A stretch of DNA of 32,905 bases from Candidatus Rokuibacteriota bacterium (GTDB taxonomy: Bacteria; JAUVQV01; DATDCY01), in contig JANOHV010000104.1 of NCBI GenBank assembly GCA_031406795.1, positions 1-32,905 on the forward strand, written 5' to 3'. The notes beneath the pieces were generated by a model. The model saw only the letters and a program-made list of their open reading frames with translations. It ran no database searches and was not told the origin of the DNA. The position numbers and the translations under genes were made by a program. Position 1 is the stretch's first letter. Every line of letters begins with the position of its first letter. Shown here piece by piece: positions 16,850 through 25,797 of this stretch.

Positions 16850-17047
16850 TGGTGGGGATGGAGTTGTTCCGGACGGGCGCATGGCGGAGCGCGAGGGAAC
16901 CTGGGCGGCCGCACCGGAGCGTCCCCGCAAGGGGCGAAGCGTGCTGTCTGAGCCCGCAGGGCGAGTTGCGCGCTTCGAGCGCAGGTGCGGACAAGCCCAG
17001 GTCGAGTGCGAAGCTGGCGACCGCCCGGGACAGCTCCATCCCCACCA
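16850..17047 (+). other. 198-nt highly structured fold-back element (candidate ncRNA or MITE)
   Basis: 31-bp terminal stem (TGGTGGGGATGGAG.../...CTCCATCCCCACCA), nested helices ACCTGGGC/GCCCAGGT, CCGCACC/GGTGCGG and CGAAGCGTGC/GCGCGCTTCG, and a CCCC-GCAA-GGGG tetraloop hairpin. Confidence 0.7.
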
Positions 17048-17068
17048 TCCTCACGGTCGGGTGCCGGA

Positions 17069-18565
17069 TCATGGAACTTCTCCTGCTGTCGCTTTCACAA
17101 GAGGGGGACGCTTGGTATGCCAATCCGTTGCGAGTTGGAAGGCGTGGCCGGTGCGCAGCAGCGTCTCCTCGCCGAAGGCGGGGCCGATCAGCTGCAGCCC
17201 GATCGGCAGCCCCGCGGACGTGAAGCCGCACGGCAGCGAGAGGCCCGGCACGCCCGCGAGGTTGACCGAAATCGTGAAGATGTCCGAGAGGTACATCTGC
17301 AGCGGGTCGTCGCTCTTCTCGCCGATGCGGAACGCGGCGGTCGGCGCCGTCGGCCCGGCGAGCACGTCGACCTCGCGGAAGGCCGCGGTGAAGTCGTTCA
17401 GGATCAGCGTGCGCACCTGCTGCGCCTTGCGGTAGTACGCATCGTAATACCCCGAAGAGAGCGCGTAGGTGCCGAGCATGATCCGGCGGCGCACCTCGGG
17501 GCCGAAGCCCGCGCTGCGCGTGCGCCGGTACTGGTCGATCAGGTCGCGGGCACCCTCGGCGCGATAGCCGTACTTGACGCCGTCGTAACGCGCCAGGTTC
17601 GAGGAGGCCTCGGCCGTCGCCAGGATGTAGTAGACCGCCACCGAGTACTTCCCGTGCGGCAGCGAGACTTCCCGGACCCGCGCGCCGCGTTCCTCGAGTG
17701 TGCGCACCGCCGCGCGGACCGAGCGCTCGACCTCGGCGTCGAGACCGGCGGCGAAAAACTCGCGCACGATGCCGACGGTCAGTCCGTCGAGACGCCCGTC
17801 GCCGAGCAGCGCGGCGTAGGGCGGGACCGGACCGGGAATCGAAGTCGAGTCGCGGGGGTCGTGGCCCGCGATCGCCTCGAGCAGCAGCGCGCAGTCCTCG
17901 ACGGTGCGGGCCATGGGGCCGATCTGGTCGAGCGAGGAGGCGAAGGCCATGAGCCCGTAGCGCGAAACCCGCCCGTACGTCGGCTTGAGGCCGACGATGC
18001 CGCAGCAGGCGGCGGGCTGGCGGATCGAACCGCCGGTGTCCGAGCCGAGCGCCGCGAGACACGCGCCGGCGGCCACGGCGGCGGCCGAGCCCCCCGAGGA
18101 GCCGCCGGGGATCGTCGCCGGGTCCCACGGGTTGCGGGTGGCGCCGAATGCGGAGTTCTCGGTCGAGGAGCCCATCGCGAACTCGTCGAGGTTCGTCTTT
18201 CCGAGAAACACCGCGCCGCTCGCGCGCAGGCGCTCGACGACCGTTGCGTCGTAGGGGGGCACGAAGTTCTCCAGGATCCGCGAGGCGCAGGTGGTCGTCA
18301 CGCCGCGCGTGCAGAGGTTGTCCTTCAGCGCGATCGGCGCGCCCCAGAGCGCGGACGCACCGGCGGGCGGCGGCGCCACGCGATCGGCGCGGCGGGCCGC
18401 CTCGAGTGCGGCGTCGGCGTCGACGCGCAGGTAGGCATGCACCGTCGGCTCCACGCGGGCGATGCGCTCGAGCACCGCGCGGGTGACCTCCTCGGAGGTG
18501 AAATCGCCCCGGCGGCGCCCGTCGGCAAACTGCCGCAGCGTCAGGTCCGCGAGGTCCGTCACCAT
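17069..18565 (-). CDS. gatA: Asp-tRNA(Asn)/Glu-tRNA(Gln) amidotransferase subunit A
   Basis: Amidase signature [54 protein letters not shown]. Confidence 0.98.
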   Translation of the reverse strand: MVTDLADLTLRQFADGRRRGDFTSEEVTRAVLERIARVEPTVHAYLRVDADAALEAARRADRVAPPPAGASALWGAPIALKDNLCTRGVTTTCASRILENFVPPYDATVVERLRASGAVFLGKTNLDEFAMGSSTENSAFGATRNPWDPATIPGGSSGGSAAAVAAGACLAALGSDTGGSIRQPAACCGIVGLKPTYGRVSRYGLMAFASSLDQIGPMARTVEDCALLLEAIAGHDPRDSTSIPGPVPPYAALLGDGRLDGLTVGIVREFFAAGLDAEVERSVRAAVRTLEERGARVREVSLPHGKYSVAVYYILATAEASSNLARYDGVKYGYRAEGARDLIDQYRRTRSAGFGPEVRRRIMLGTYALSSGYYDAYYRKAQQVRTLILNDFTAAFREVDVLAGPTAPTAAFRIGEKSDDPLQMYLSDIFTISVNLAGVPGLSLPCGFTSAGLPIGLQLIGPAFGEETLLRTGHAFQLATDWHTKRPPLVKATAGEVP

Positions 18566-18582
18566 CGTTCCATAGTCCGTAC

Positions 18583-18740
18583 CGGGAGGGGGTGAACCCC
18601 TCCCCTACACACGCCGTAACCCGTCATCCGATCCCCGTCGGCACAGGGTTGATCCTCGTCCGTCATCCCTACCCCATTGGGCCGGGGTTGATCTTCGTCC
18701 GTCATCCCTACCCCGTAGGGGCGGGGTTGATCCACGCCTG
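18583..18740. repeat. REP doublet expanded by three tandem 39-nt units
   Basis: REP at 18583-18608; units 18622-18660, 18661-18699 and 18700-18738 (cgtcatccctacccc...ggggttgatc..cgtc), the last holding a near-intact GTAG REP. Confidence 0.85.
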
Positions 18741-18755
18741 CCTTGTCCGAATCGA

Positions 18756-19043
18756 TCATTCGATTATCTTCGGGACCGCGAAGTGGCCCTGTTCAGCGGA
18801 CGGCGCGTTCGCGAGCGCCTCGTCGTTCGTCAGGCATTCGTGCACGACATCCTCGCGCATGACGTTGGTCAGCGGCAGCACATGGCTGGTCGGCTCGATT
18901 CCCGTCGTGTCGACTTCGCCCAGCTGGTCCATGTACTCGAGGATGGCGTTGAGCTGGCCGGTGAGCGATCCCTCTTCGCCGGGCGCAAGATCGAGGCGCG
19001 CCAGCTCGGCGACGTACCGCACCTGGTCGATCGTAATCTTCAT
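18756..19043 (-). CDS. gatC: Asp-tRNA(Asn)/Glu-tRNA(Gln) amidotransferase subunit C
   Basis: MKITIDQVRYVAELARL...L.EVDT.GIEPTSH...MRED...ALANAP...F.VPKIIE; ATG overlaps the glmS stop (TGATG). Confidence 0.97.
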   Translation of the reverse strand: MKITIDQVRYVAELARLDLAPGEEGSLTGQLNAILEYMDQLGEVDTTGIEPTSHVLPLTNVMREDVVHECLTNDEALANAPSAEQGHFAVPKIIE

Positions 19044-20875
19044 CACTCAACGGTAACAGATTTCGCGAGATTGCGGGGCTGGTCGACGTCGTGGCCGAGC
19101 GCGTCCGCGAGGTGGTAGGCGAAGAGCTGCAACGGCACCGTCAGCAGGATCGGCGTCAGGAACGGGTTCGTGCGCGGCACGACGAACAGGTGGTCGGCTT
19201 CGGCCCCCAGATCACGGCCGGCGCGGTCGGTGAACGCGATCGCAATGCCGTGCCGGGCCCGGACCTCCTTGAGATTGGCGAAGATCTTGCCGAAGAGCCC
19301 GTCGCGCGGCGCGAGGATGATCACCGGCAGCTCGCGGTCGATCAACGCGATCGGGCCGTGCTTCATTTCGCCGCCGGCGTAGCCCTCGGCGTGGATGTAG
19401 GAGATCTCCTTGAGCTTGAGGGCCCCCTCGAGCGCGACCGGAAAGTTCACGTCCCGGCCGAGGAAGAGACAGCCGCGGCTTTTCGCGAACCGCTGGCCGA
19501 GTTCGGCCATCGGCGCGTTCAGCGCGAGGGCCTTGCCGATCAGCGCCGGCAGGCGCACCAGGTCGGCCAGATGACGTCCGAGCTCCGCGCGCTTGAGATG
19601 GCCGCGCTGCTGGCCGAGAAAGAGCGCGAGCAGGTAGAGCGCCGTGAGCTGCGACGTGAAGGCCTTCGTCGAGGCGACGCTGATCTCCGGGCCGGCATGG
19701 GTGTAGAGCACGCCGTCGGCGTCCTCCCGCGTGATGCTCGAACCGAGCACGTTGCAGACGGCGAGGCGAAAGCCCCCCTTCGAGCGGGCCTCGGCGAACG
19801 CGGCCCGGGTGTCGGCGGTCTCCCCGGACTGCGAGATCGCCACGGTCAGCACCCCCTCCTCGGCGGGCGCCTCGCGGTAGCGGAACTCGGACGCCAGGTC
19901 GACCTCGGCCGGCAGCCCCGCGAGCCGCTCGATGTAGTGCTCCCCGACCAGCGCGGCGTGCCAGGAGGTGCCGCACGCGAGGAAACGCACGCGGCGGATC
20001 CCGGCCACGATCTTCGGGGTCAGGCCGCAGTCGTCATCGAGGATGACGCGCCCTTTCTCGCGGCTGACCCGGGTGCGGAAGGTGTCGAGACAGGCGATGG
20101 GCTGCTCGTGGATCTCCTTGAGCATGAAGTGCTTGTAGCCGCCGCGCTCGGCCGAGACCGGGTCCCAGGAGACGTGGCAGATCTTCTGGCGCCGGGCTTT
20201 TCCCGCGGCGTCCGTCAGCTCCACGTCGTCGGGGCTCAGCACCGCGATCTCGCCGTTTTCGAGGTAGACCACCTCGCGGGTGTGCGCGATGAGCGCAGGG
20301 ACATCCGAGGCGAGGAACTGTTCGCCGACCCCGCGCCCGATCACCAGCGGGCTGCCCTCGCGCGCGGCGAAGAGGCACCCGGGCCGTTCGACGCAGATCA
20401 CGCCCAGCGCGTAGGAGCCCTCGATCTCGACCAGGGTCTTCGCGAGCGCGCGGCGGACGTCCCCGCCGCGGTAGAAGCTGTGCAGCAGCACCGCGACGAC
20501 CTCGGTGTCGGTCTCGGAGTTGAAAGCGTAGCCGCGCCCCTGGAGGCGCTTCTTCAGCGCGAGGTAGTTCTCGATGATCCCGTTGTGCACGACGACGAAC
20601 GGCCCGGAGCGGTGCGGGTGCGCGTTCTCCTCGCTCGGGCGGCCGTGGGTCGCCCAGCGCGTGTGGCCGATCCCGAGGGTGCCGGGGACGCCGGCCGGCC
20701 CGATCGCCGCCTCGAGCGCGGCGATCTTGCCCACGCTGCGGCACACGGCCAGCGCGCCGTCGTCGAGGATGGCGACGCCCGCCGAGTCGTAGCCGCGGTA
20801 CTCGAGGCGCCGCAACCCGTCGATCAGGATGGGGAGCGCGGGGCGCTTGCCGACGTAGCCTACGATGCCGCACAT
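19043..20875 (-). CDS. glmS: Glutamine--fructose-6-phosphate aminotransferase
   Basis: MCGIVG, LEYRGYDSAG, GHTRWATHG, SQSGETADT, EGALKLKEISY, DQPRNLAKSVTVE. Confidence 0.99.
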   Translation of the reverse strand: MCGIVGYVGKRPALPILIDGLRRLEYRGYDSAGVAILDDGALAVCRSVGKIAALEAAIGPAGVPGTLGIGHTRWATHGRPSEENAHPHRSGPFVVVHNGIIENYLALKKRLQGRGYAFNSETDTEVVAVLLHSFYRGGDVRRALAKTLVEIEGSYALGVICVERPGCLFAAREGSPLVIGRGVGEQFLASDVPALIAHTREVVYLENGEIAVLSPDDVELTDAAGKARRQKICHVSWDPVSAERGGYKHFMLKEIHEQPIACLDTFRTRVSREKGRVILDDDCGLTPKIVAGIRRVRFLACGTSWHAALVGEHYIERLAGLPAEVDLASEFRYREAPAEEGVLTVAISQSGETADTRAAFAEARSKGGFRLAVCNVLGSSITREDADGVLYTHAGPEISVASTKAFTSQLTALYLLALFLGQQRGHLKRAELGRHLADLVRLPALIGKALALNAPMAELGQRFAKSRGCLFLGRDVNFPVALEGALKLKEISYIHAEGYAGGEMKHGPIALIDRELPVIILAPRDGLFGKIFANLKEVRARHGIAIAFTDRAGRDLGAEADHLFVVPRTNPFLTPILLTVPLQLFAYHLADALGHDVDQPRNLAKSVTVE

Positions 20876-20904
20876 GAGATCCGCTCCTTCATTCGTGCCC
20901 GCAG

Positions 20905-20979
20905 CGGGAGGGGGTGAACCCCTCCCCTACGTCCCGTGTTACCCCGTTTCCCCGCAGGGGCGGGATTCATTCCCGCCCG
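20905..20979. repeat. Inverted REP doublet between glmU and glmS
   Basis: cgggagggggtgaacccctcccctac, spacer, gcaggggcgggattcattcccgcccg. Confidence 0.85.
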
Positions 20980-21017
20980 GAATCCGATTGCCGGAACGAT
21001 CGCCATTCCAAGCACAC

Positions 21018-22403
21018 TCACTTCTTTCCGAGGAGACTGCGGCGGCGATCGGCCCAGCCGTCCACCGTCTTCTGCGGCGCGCGCGAGAGAGCGAGAGCGC
21101 CGGCGCGGACATCCTTCGTCACGGTGGTCCCGGCCGCGATCAACGCGCCCCTGCCGATCCGCACCGGCGCCACCAACTGCGTGTCGCTGCCGATGAACAC
21201 ATCGTCGCCGATGACCGTCAGGTGCTTGGTGTACCCGTCGTAGTTACAGGTGATGGTGCCGGCCCCGACATTCACCCGCCGGCCGATCCGGGCGTCGCCG
21301 AGGTAGCTCAGGTGGCCGGCCTTGGCGCCCGCACCCAGCGACGCCTTCTTGGTTTCGACGAAATTGCCGACGTGCACCCCGGCGGCGAGTCGGGTGCCGG
21401 GACGCAGACGAGCGAACGGCCCCACGCGACAGCGCGGCCCGATCGCGGCTTCCTCGACGACGCAGCAATCCGCGAGGACGCTGTCCGGACCGACCCGGCT
21501 GTCCCTGACCCGGGTGTACGGGCCGATGCGGCACCGGGCGCCGATCACAGTGCTCCCCTGCAGGGTCGTTCCCGGGAGGATCACGCTGTCGGCGCCGATG
21601 CGCACGCCCGGTTCAATGCAGGTCGAAGCCGGGTCGAGCACGGTGACCCCGGCGCGCATCAGCCGCTCGAGCACGCGAAGGCGCAGCACCGCATGGACGC
21701 GCGCCAGCTGCACGCGGTCGTTGACCCCGAGCATCTCCAGCGCCTCCTCGCAGGGCACGCCGACGACGCCCAGCCGCGCGCGCACCGCTGCGCCGATGAC
21801 GTCCGTGAGGTAGTACTCCTCCTGACGGTTGGCGGCCCGCAGCCGCCCGAGGGCGCGGTCGAGAAAACGGTTTTCGAAACAGTAGACCCCGGCGTTCACC
21901 TCCGCGATGCGCCGCGTCGCCGCGTCCGCGTCGTCGTGCTCGACAATCCCCCGCACTTCGCCGGACTCATCGCGCACCACCCGCCCGTAGCCGGCGGGAT
22001 CCGCCAGCCGGGCGGTGAGAAAGCTCACCGTCGCGCGCCGGCGGCGGTGTTCGGCCAACAGCCGGCGCACTGTGGCCGCAGTCAGCAGCGGCGTGTCGCC
22101 GGAGAGCACGACGGTGTCGCCCTCCCCCGCGAAGAGAGCGCGCGCCTGGCGCACGGCGTGCCCGGTGCCCAGGAGCTGCTGCTGGAGCACCGTCTCGAAC
22201 CCGGCCGGCAGAACTTTCGCCACCGCCTCGGCCTGAAAGCCGACGATCACGGCGCGGCGGGTGGCGGGCAGGGCGCGAGCCACATCGAGCGGCCACGCCA
22301 GCAGCGGGCGGCCGAGGACCGGGTGCAGAACCTTCGCGACACCCGAGCGCATCCGCGTGCCGCGCCCGGCGGCAAGAACGAGGACGGTCAGACTGCGTGT
22401 CAT
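21018..22403 (-). CDS. glmU: Bifunctional UDP-GlcNAc pyrophosphorylase / glucosamine-1-phosphate N-acetyltransferase
   Basis: LAAGRGTRMRS..KVLH, LGTGHAV, EYYLTD, GNFVETK, HLSYLGDA, TCNYDG. Start at ATG 22403 behind AGGGGA. Confidence 0.98.
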   Translation of the reverse strand: MTRSLTVLVLAAGRGTRMRSGVAKVLHPVLGRPLLAWPLDVARALPATRRAVIVGFQAEAVAKVLPAGFETVLQQQLLGTGHAVRQARALFAGEGDTVVLSGDTPLLTAATVRRLLAEHRRRRATVSFLTARLADPAGYGRVVRDESGEVRGIVEHDDADAATRRIAEVNAGVYCFENRFLDRALGRLRAANRQEEYYLTDVIGAAVRARLGVVGVPCEEALEMLGVNDRVQLARVHAVLRLRVLERLMRAGVTVLDPASTCIEPGVRIGADSVILPGTTLQGSTVIGARCRIGPYTRVRDSRVGPDSVLADCCVVEEAAIGPRCRVGPFARLRPGTRLAAGVHVGNFVETKKASLGAGAKAGHLSYLGDARIGRRVNVGAGTITCNYDGYTKHLTVIGDDVFIGSDTQLVAPVRIGRGALIAAGTTVTKDVRAGALALSRAPQKTVDGWADRRRSLLGKK

Positions 22404-22441
22404 GTCGTTATTCCCCTGCGATTGCGGCAAAAACTTCGCGC

Positions 22442-22450
22442 ATTCTACCA
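22442..22450 (-). promoter_or_regulatory. Extended -10 promoter for the glmU operon
   Basis: TG-G-TAGAAT about 40 nt upstream of the glmU ATG. Confidence 0.45.
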
Positions 22451-22598
22451 CAGCCGCCGTCCTCCGGGGGAACTCTGGCGCGATAACCCTTCAATGAACG
22501 GTGGCCCGATCAGTACCGCTCGTCAAGCACACGGCTCACCATGAACGGGAAAAGTTACCGCAATTCACTGAAGGGTTACGTGACCAGCCCGCACAACG

Positions 22599-22627
22599 TT
22601 GACTTTCCGCCCCGCGCTCGGTAGAAG
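22599..22627 (+). promoter_or_regulatory. Putative sigma70 promoter for the HD-GYP gene
   Basis: TTGACT-N17-TAGAAG. Confidence 0.35.
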
Positions 22628-22683
22628 GGGGAGGAGAGCGGAGACTTCGCGAACCTCAGACGGGTATCAGGCACGGGAGCGTC

Positions 22684-23595
22684 ATGCCGTCACGACTCGA
22701 TTTTGCCGTCCGATCGCTCGAGGGGCAGGAGATCCTCCCCGCGGGCACGCCGTTGAACGCCTCGGTGCTCGCCTCCATCGCGAGCGCCGGCCGGGTCCAC
22801 CGCTGGGAACAGCGGGTGCTCCTCGCCCATGGCACGGTCCGCGAGGACCTGGCGCTGGCCGCGCGCGTCGGGCCATACGCCACCGTGTTCGGCAGCGCGG
22901 ACGAGTACCGCGACCTCGAGCTGCTGATGGGACAGGCCCGGCTCCCGGATCCCTGCCTGCGGGGTCTGGACTGGTTCCAGGCGAACGACACCTACACCTA
23001 CCGGCACATCCTGATGGTCTTCGCTCTCTCCTGCCTGCTGGTGCGGCGGCTCGGATACAGCGCCCCGGCGGCCGCGGCCGAGGCGGTGGCCGGGCCGCTC
23101 CACGACTTCGGCAAGCTCTGCGTCCCGCTGGCGATTCTGCTCAAGCGCACGGCGCTGACCCGCGGCGAGCGCCGGCAGCTCGAGCAGCACACGCTGGCCG
23201 GCCACGTCCTGCTCTGCCACTACATCGGGGAACCGGAGCATTTCACCTCACGGGTCGCCCGCGACCATCACGAACGCCGCGACGGCTCCGGCTACCCGCA
23301 CGGTATCTCGCTCGCCGACCAGCTCGTCGAGATCGTCGCGGTCTGCGACATCTACGACGCCCTCGTCTCGCCCCGCCCCTACCGCAGCGCCGCGTTCGAC
23401 AACCGCTCGGCGCTCGAGGAGCTCACCGCGCTGGCCGAATCCGGACGGATCAGCCGGGATGCGGTGCGGCTGCTCGTCTCCGTCAACCGCAAGGACCATC
23501 CGCCGCCCGAGCGCTGCGCGGTCTCGCTGGAGAAACGCGGCACCGCACCCGCCCGCAACCTCTACGGAGTCTTCGCCGACGGTGACGGGCGTTGA
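22684..23595 (+). CDS. HD-GYP domain phosphohydrolase (putative cyclic dinucleotide phosphodiesterase)
   Basis: YTYRH, LHDFGK, HHERRDGSGYP, VCDIYDAL, RPYR. Confidence 0.9.
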   Translation: MPSRLDFAVRSLEGQEILPAGTPLNASVLASIASAGRVHRWEQRVLLAHGTVREDLALAARVGPYATVFGSADEYRDLELLMGQARLPDPCLRGLDWFQANDTYTYRHILMVFALSCLLVRRLGYSAPAAAAEAVAGPLHDFGKLCVPLAILLKRTALTRGERRQLEQHTLAGHVLLCHYIGEPEHFTSRVARDHHERRDGSGYPHGISLADQLVEIVAVCDIYDALVSPRPYRSAAFDNRSALEELTALAESGRISRDAVRLLVSVNRKDHPPPERCAVSLEKRGTAPARNLYGVFADGDGR

Positions 23596-23776
23596 AAAGG
23601 GCTCATCTGCGGCAATAATCCGATTGCCCCGCGCCTGATGTAATCCCGTAAGCCTCAATTGGGATTCGAGTTTAGTGCTCTCGGCCTCGTTGGGGACTAC
23701 GGACATTTAAAGCCCTACAATCGAGGTGTCGTTAGCGTACTCGCCCTCTTTCTGCTGCCGCCAGTTGCGGATTTTC

Positions 23777-23818
23777 TTGCCGTTCGAACAACTCCGATAT
23801 ATATTGCCGATAGATATC
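23777..23818 (+). promoter_or_regulatory. vapBC promoter with overlapping palindromic operator
   Basis: TTGCCG-N17-TATATT; inverted repeat GATATATAT-N5-ATAGATATC (23796-23818) over the -10, consistent with TA autorepression. Confidence 0.7.
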
Positions 23819-23830
23819 ACGGAGGGTGTC

Positions 23831-24061
23831 ATGGCTCAGACAGCGAAGGTCTTCATGAGTGGAAGGAGCCAGGCTGTTCGGCTCCCAATGAAGTTTCGAT
23901 TTTCATGCAAAGAGGTGCTCATCGAGAAACGGGGAGACGCTATTGTCCTGCGGCCACGGCCGGCGGGATGGGCAGACTTTTTTTCCCGCCCGTCCCCGGT
24001 GCCCGGAGACTTTCTCAAGTCTCGTAATGATTCTCCGCCCGAAGAGCGGGAGTTGTTTTGA
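23831..24061 (+). CDS. vapB: VapB antitoxin (AbrB/MazE/SpoVT fold)
   Basis: MAQTAKVFMSGRSQAVRLP..FRF...EV.IEKRGD.IVLRP; RBS GGAGG; stop overlaps the vapC ATG. Confidence 0.95.
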   Translation: MAQTAKVFMSGRSQAVRLPMKFRFSCKEVLIEKRGDAIVLRPRPAGWADFFSRPSPVPGDFLKSRNDSPPEERELF

Positions 24062-24459
24062 TGCTGTACATGCTCGACACCTGTATCTGCAGTTACGTCC
24101 TCAAAAAACGCCCGCCGTCGGCAAAGGCCAGGTTCGAGGGGGTCTCCCCCGGCGCCTTGTGCATTTCTGCCGTGACATTGGCGGAGCTGTACTACGGGGC
24201 GGCCCGCCATCCGAAGGGAGAGGCGATCCGTACGGAGATAGACGACTTCGCAGCTCGGCTCTCTGTCATGGGGTGGGATGCGGCGGCGGCCGACCACTAC
24301 GGATCGATTCGCACGGTTCTCGAAAAGCGTGGTTCGCCGATCGGGGCGATGGACATGCTGATCGCTGCCCACGCCCGCAGTATGAGAGCCGTTCTGGTCA
24401 CCAACGACATCCGCCATTTCACGAGGGTTCCCGGCCTCAAGGTTGAAGACTGGTCGTAA
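24061..24459 (+). CDS. vapC: VapC PIN-domain toxin
   Basis: YMLDTCICSY, ISAVTLAELYYG, IGAMDMLIAAHA, LVTND.RHF.RVPGL.VEDW. Confidence 0.95.
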   Translation: MLYMLDTCICSYVLKKRPPSAKARFEGVSPGALCISAVTLAELYYGAARHPKGEAIRTEIDDFAARLSVMGWDAAAADHYGSIRTVLEKRGSPIGAMDMLIAAHARSMRAVLVTNDIRHFTRVPGLKVEDWS

Positions 24460-24670
24460 TCGGAAAGCCGCGCTGGCGACACTCGGATTATTTGCGGTGT
24501 TGCACTCCTCCCGACTCCCTGCGGCAGGCACCAGCCTGCCTCAGTCGTCGGATCGGGGTGCGCCTTGCACCTGAACCCTTTTGAACACCCTCCCCGCTAC
24601 CGTTGCCCAGCGAGGCGAGGGCAACGCTCCCGAAATCGGCCTCCGCGTTCCTAGAACGACCCGGCCGACC

Positions 24671-25756
24671 TCAAAACCATTTCTTGCGGCGGAAGTAGGC
24701 CAGCATCGCCAGCGCGATCCCGATCATGACGGCCCAGATGAGGCCGTAGCCGTAGCGCCATGAGAGTTCCGGCATGTGCTCGAAATTCATGCCGTAGACG
24801 CCGGCGATGAACGTCAGCGGGATGAAGATCGTCGCGATCACCGTGAGCACCTTCATCACCTCGTTCATCCGGTTGCTGACGCTCGAGAGGTAGATGTCGA
24901 GCATGCCGGCGAGGAGGTCGCGGTAGGTCTCCACGGTGTCGAGAACCTGCACGGCGTGATCGTAGAGATCGCGCAGGTAGACGCCCGTCGACTCGCGCAC
25001 CAGGTCGCGCTCGCGCTGCAGGCCGCCGATCAGCTCGCGCAGCGGCCAGACCGACTTGCGCAGGTTGATCACTTCGCGCTTGAGGGCATAGACCGCGTGC
25101 AGCGTTTTCGGCGCCGGGGAAGCCATGAGTTCCTCCTCGAGCTCCTCGAGGCGGTCGCCGATGCGCTCGAGCACCTTGTAGTAGTCGTCGACGACCGCAT
25201 CGAGGATCGAATAGGCCAGGTAGTCCGGCCCGTGCTTGCGGCAGTGGGCCTTGTCGGCCTTCAGGCGATCGCGCAGCGTGCGCGCCCAGGGTTGCGGCCC
25301 CTCGTTGAAGGAGAGCAGCCAGTTCCCGCCGAGCACGAGGCTGATCTGCTCGGCGTGGATTTCGTCGCTGTCATCGTGCAGATGCAGGACGTTGAGGTCC
25401 ATGAAGAGGTGGTCGCCGTAACTTTCGAGCTTCGGCCGCTGCTCGGTGTGCGCGATGTCCTCGAGCAGCAGCGGGTGCAGGCCGAACCGGCTGCCGACCC
25501 GCTCGAGGATGCCGACGTCGTGCACCCCGTCGATGTCGATCCAGAGCGTGCGCTCGTCCCCCGGCGTCGGGAAGGCCTCCTCGATCGCGGCAACTTCGCG
25601 CTCATCGTACCCCGCGGCATCGTAGAGAATGCGGGTGATCAGGACCTCGGGGTGCGCGGCGAAGGCGGGGTGCGTGGGTTCGGAGGTGGCGACCAGCGTG
25701 CCGGGGGGCAGCCCGGCCTTCTGGGCAATGCGGCGCCTGCGCTTCCTGTGCACCAT
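24671..25756 (-). CDS. corA: Magnesium/cobalt transporter CorA
   Basis: KAGLPPGTL, LHPLLLEDI...QRPK, MNEVMKVLT, YGMNFEHMPEL. Start is ATG 25756 or GTG 25765. Confidence 0.97.
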   Translation of the reverse strand: MVHRKRRRRIAQKAGLPPGTLVATSEPTHPAFAAHPEVLITRILYDAAGYDEREVAAIEEAFPTPGDERTLWIDIDGVHDVGILERVGSRFGLHPLLLEDIAHTEQRPKLESYGDHLFMDLNVLHLHDDSDEIHAEQISLVLGGNWLLSFNEGPQPWARTLRDRLKADKAHCRKHGPDYLAYSILDAVVDDYYKVLERIGDRLEELEEELMASPAPKTLHAVYALKREVINLRKSVWPLRELIGGLQRERDLVRESTGVYLRDLYDHAVQVLDTVETYRDLLAGMLDIYLSSVSNRMNEVMKVLTVIATIFIPLTFIAGVYGMNFEHMPELSWRYGYGLIWAVMIGIALAMLAYFRRKKWF

Positions 25757-25797
25757 GCCCGCCACTCTAACAGTTTGTTGAACTGCCCGAAACCGGC

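Larger units (their letters stand above)
23614..24492. mobile_element. 879-bp non-autonomous element carrying vapBC
   Basis: Perfect 10-bp terminal inverted repeats AATAATCCGA/TCGGATTATT, directly flanked by TGCGGC (23608-23613) and TGCGGT (24493-24498); no transposase. Confidence 0.7.
23587..24590. mobile_element. Palindromic MITE-like repeat interrupted by a vapBC cassette
   Basis: Imperfect TIRs GGGCGTTGAAAAGGGCTCATCTGC and GCACCTGAACCCTTTTGAACACCC; removing the insert leaves a ~119-nt fold-back. Confidence 0.7.

Noticed and set aside
16850-17047. 6S RNA or SRP RNA identity for the fold-back element
   Set aside because: Size is similar to 6S, but the central region can pair and the apex is branched; no SRP GGAA-loop domain was seen. 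An Rfam search is still needed.
18559-18759. 66-aa ORF bridging gatC and gatA
   Set aside because: It is a translation of the REP-derived 39-nt tandem repeats, with no independent coding evidence.
20876-21017. glmS ribozyme upstream of glmS
   Set aside because: The gap is explained by a REP doublet; no ribozyme core was recognised.
268-22544. Many long alternative ORFs (e.g. 846-2537, 4223-5815, 8241-10886, 14609-16951, 19091-20917, 20865-22544 on +)
   Set aside because: Antisense or off-frame shadows of well-supported genes in high-GC DNA; no recognisable motifs.
22404-22683. c-di-GMP riboswitch upstream of the HD-GYP gene
   Set aside because: No GEMM-type two-hairpin consensus was seen.
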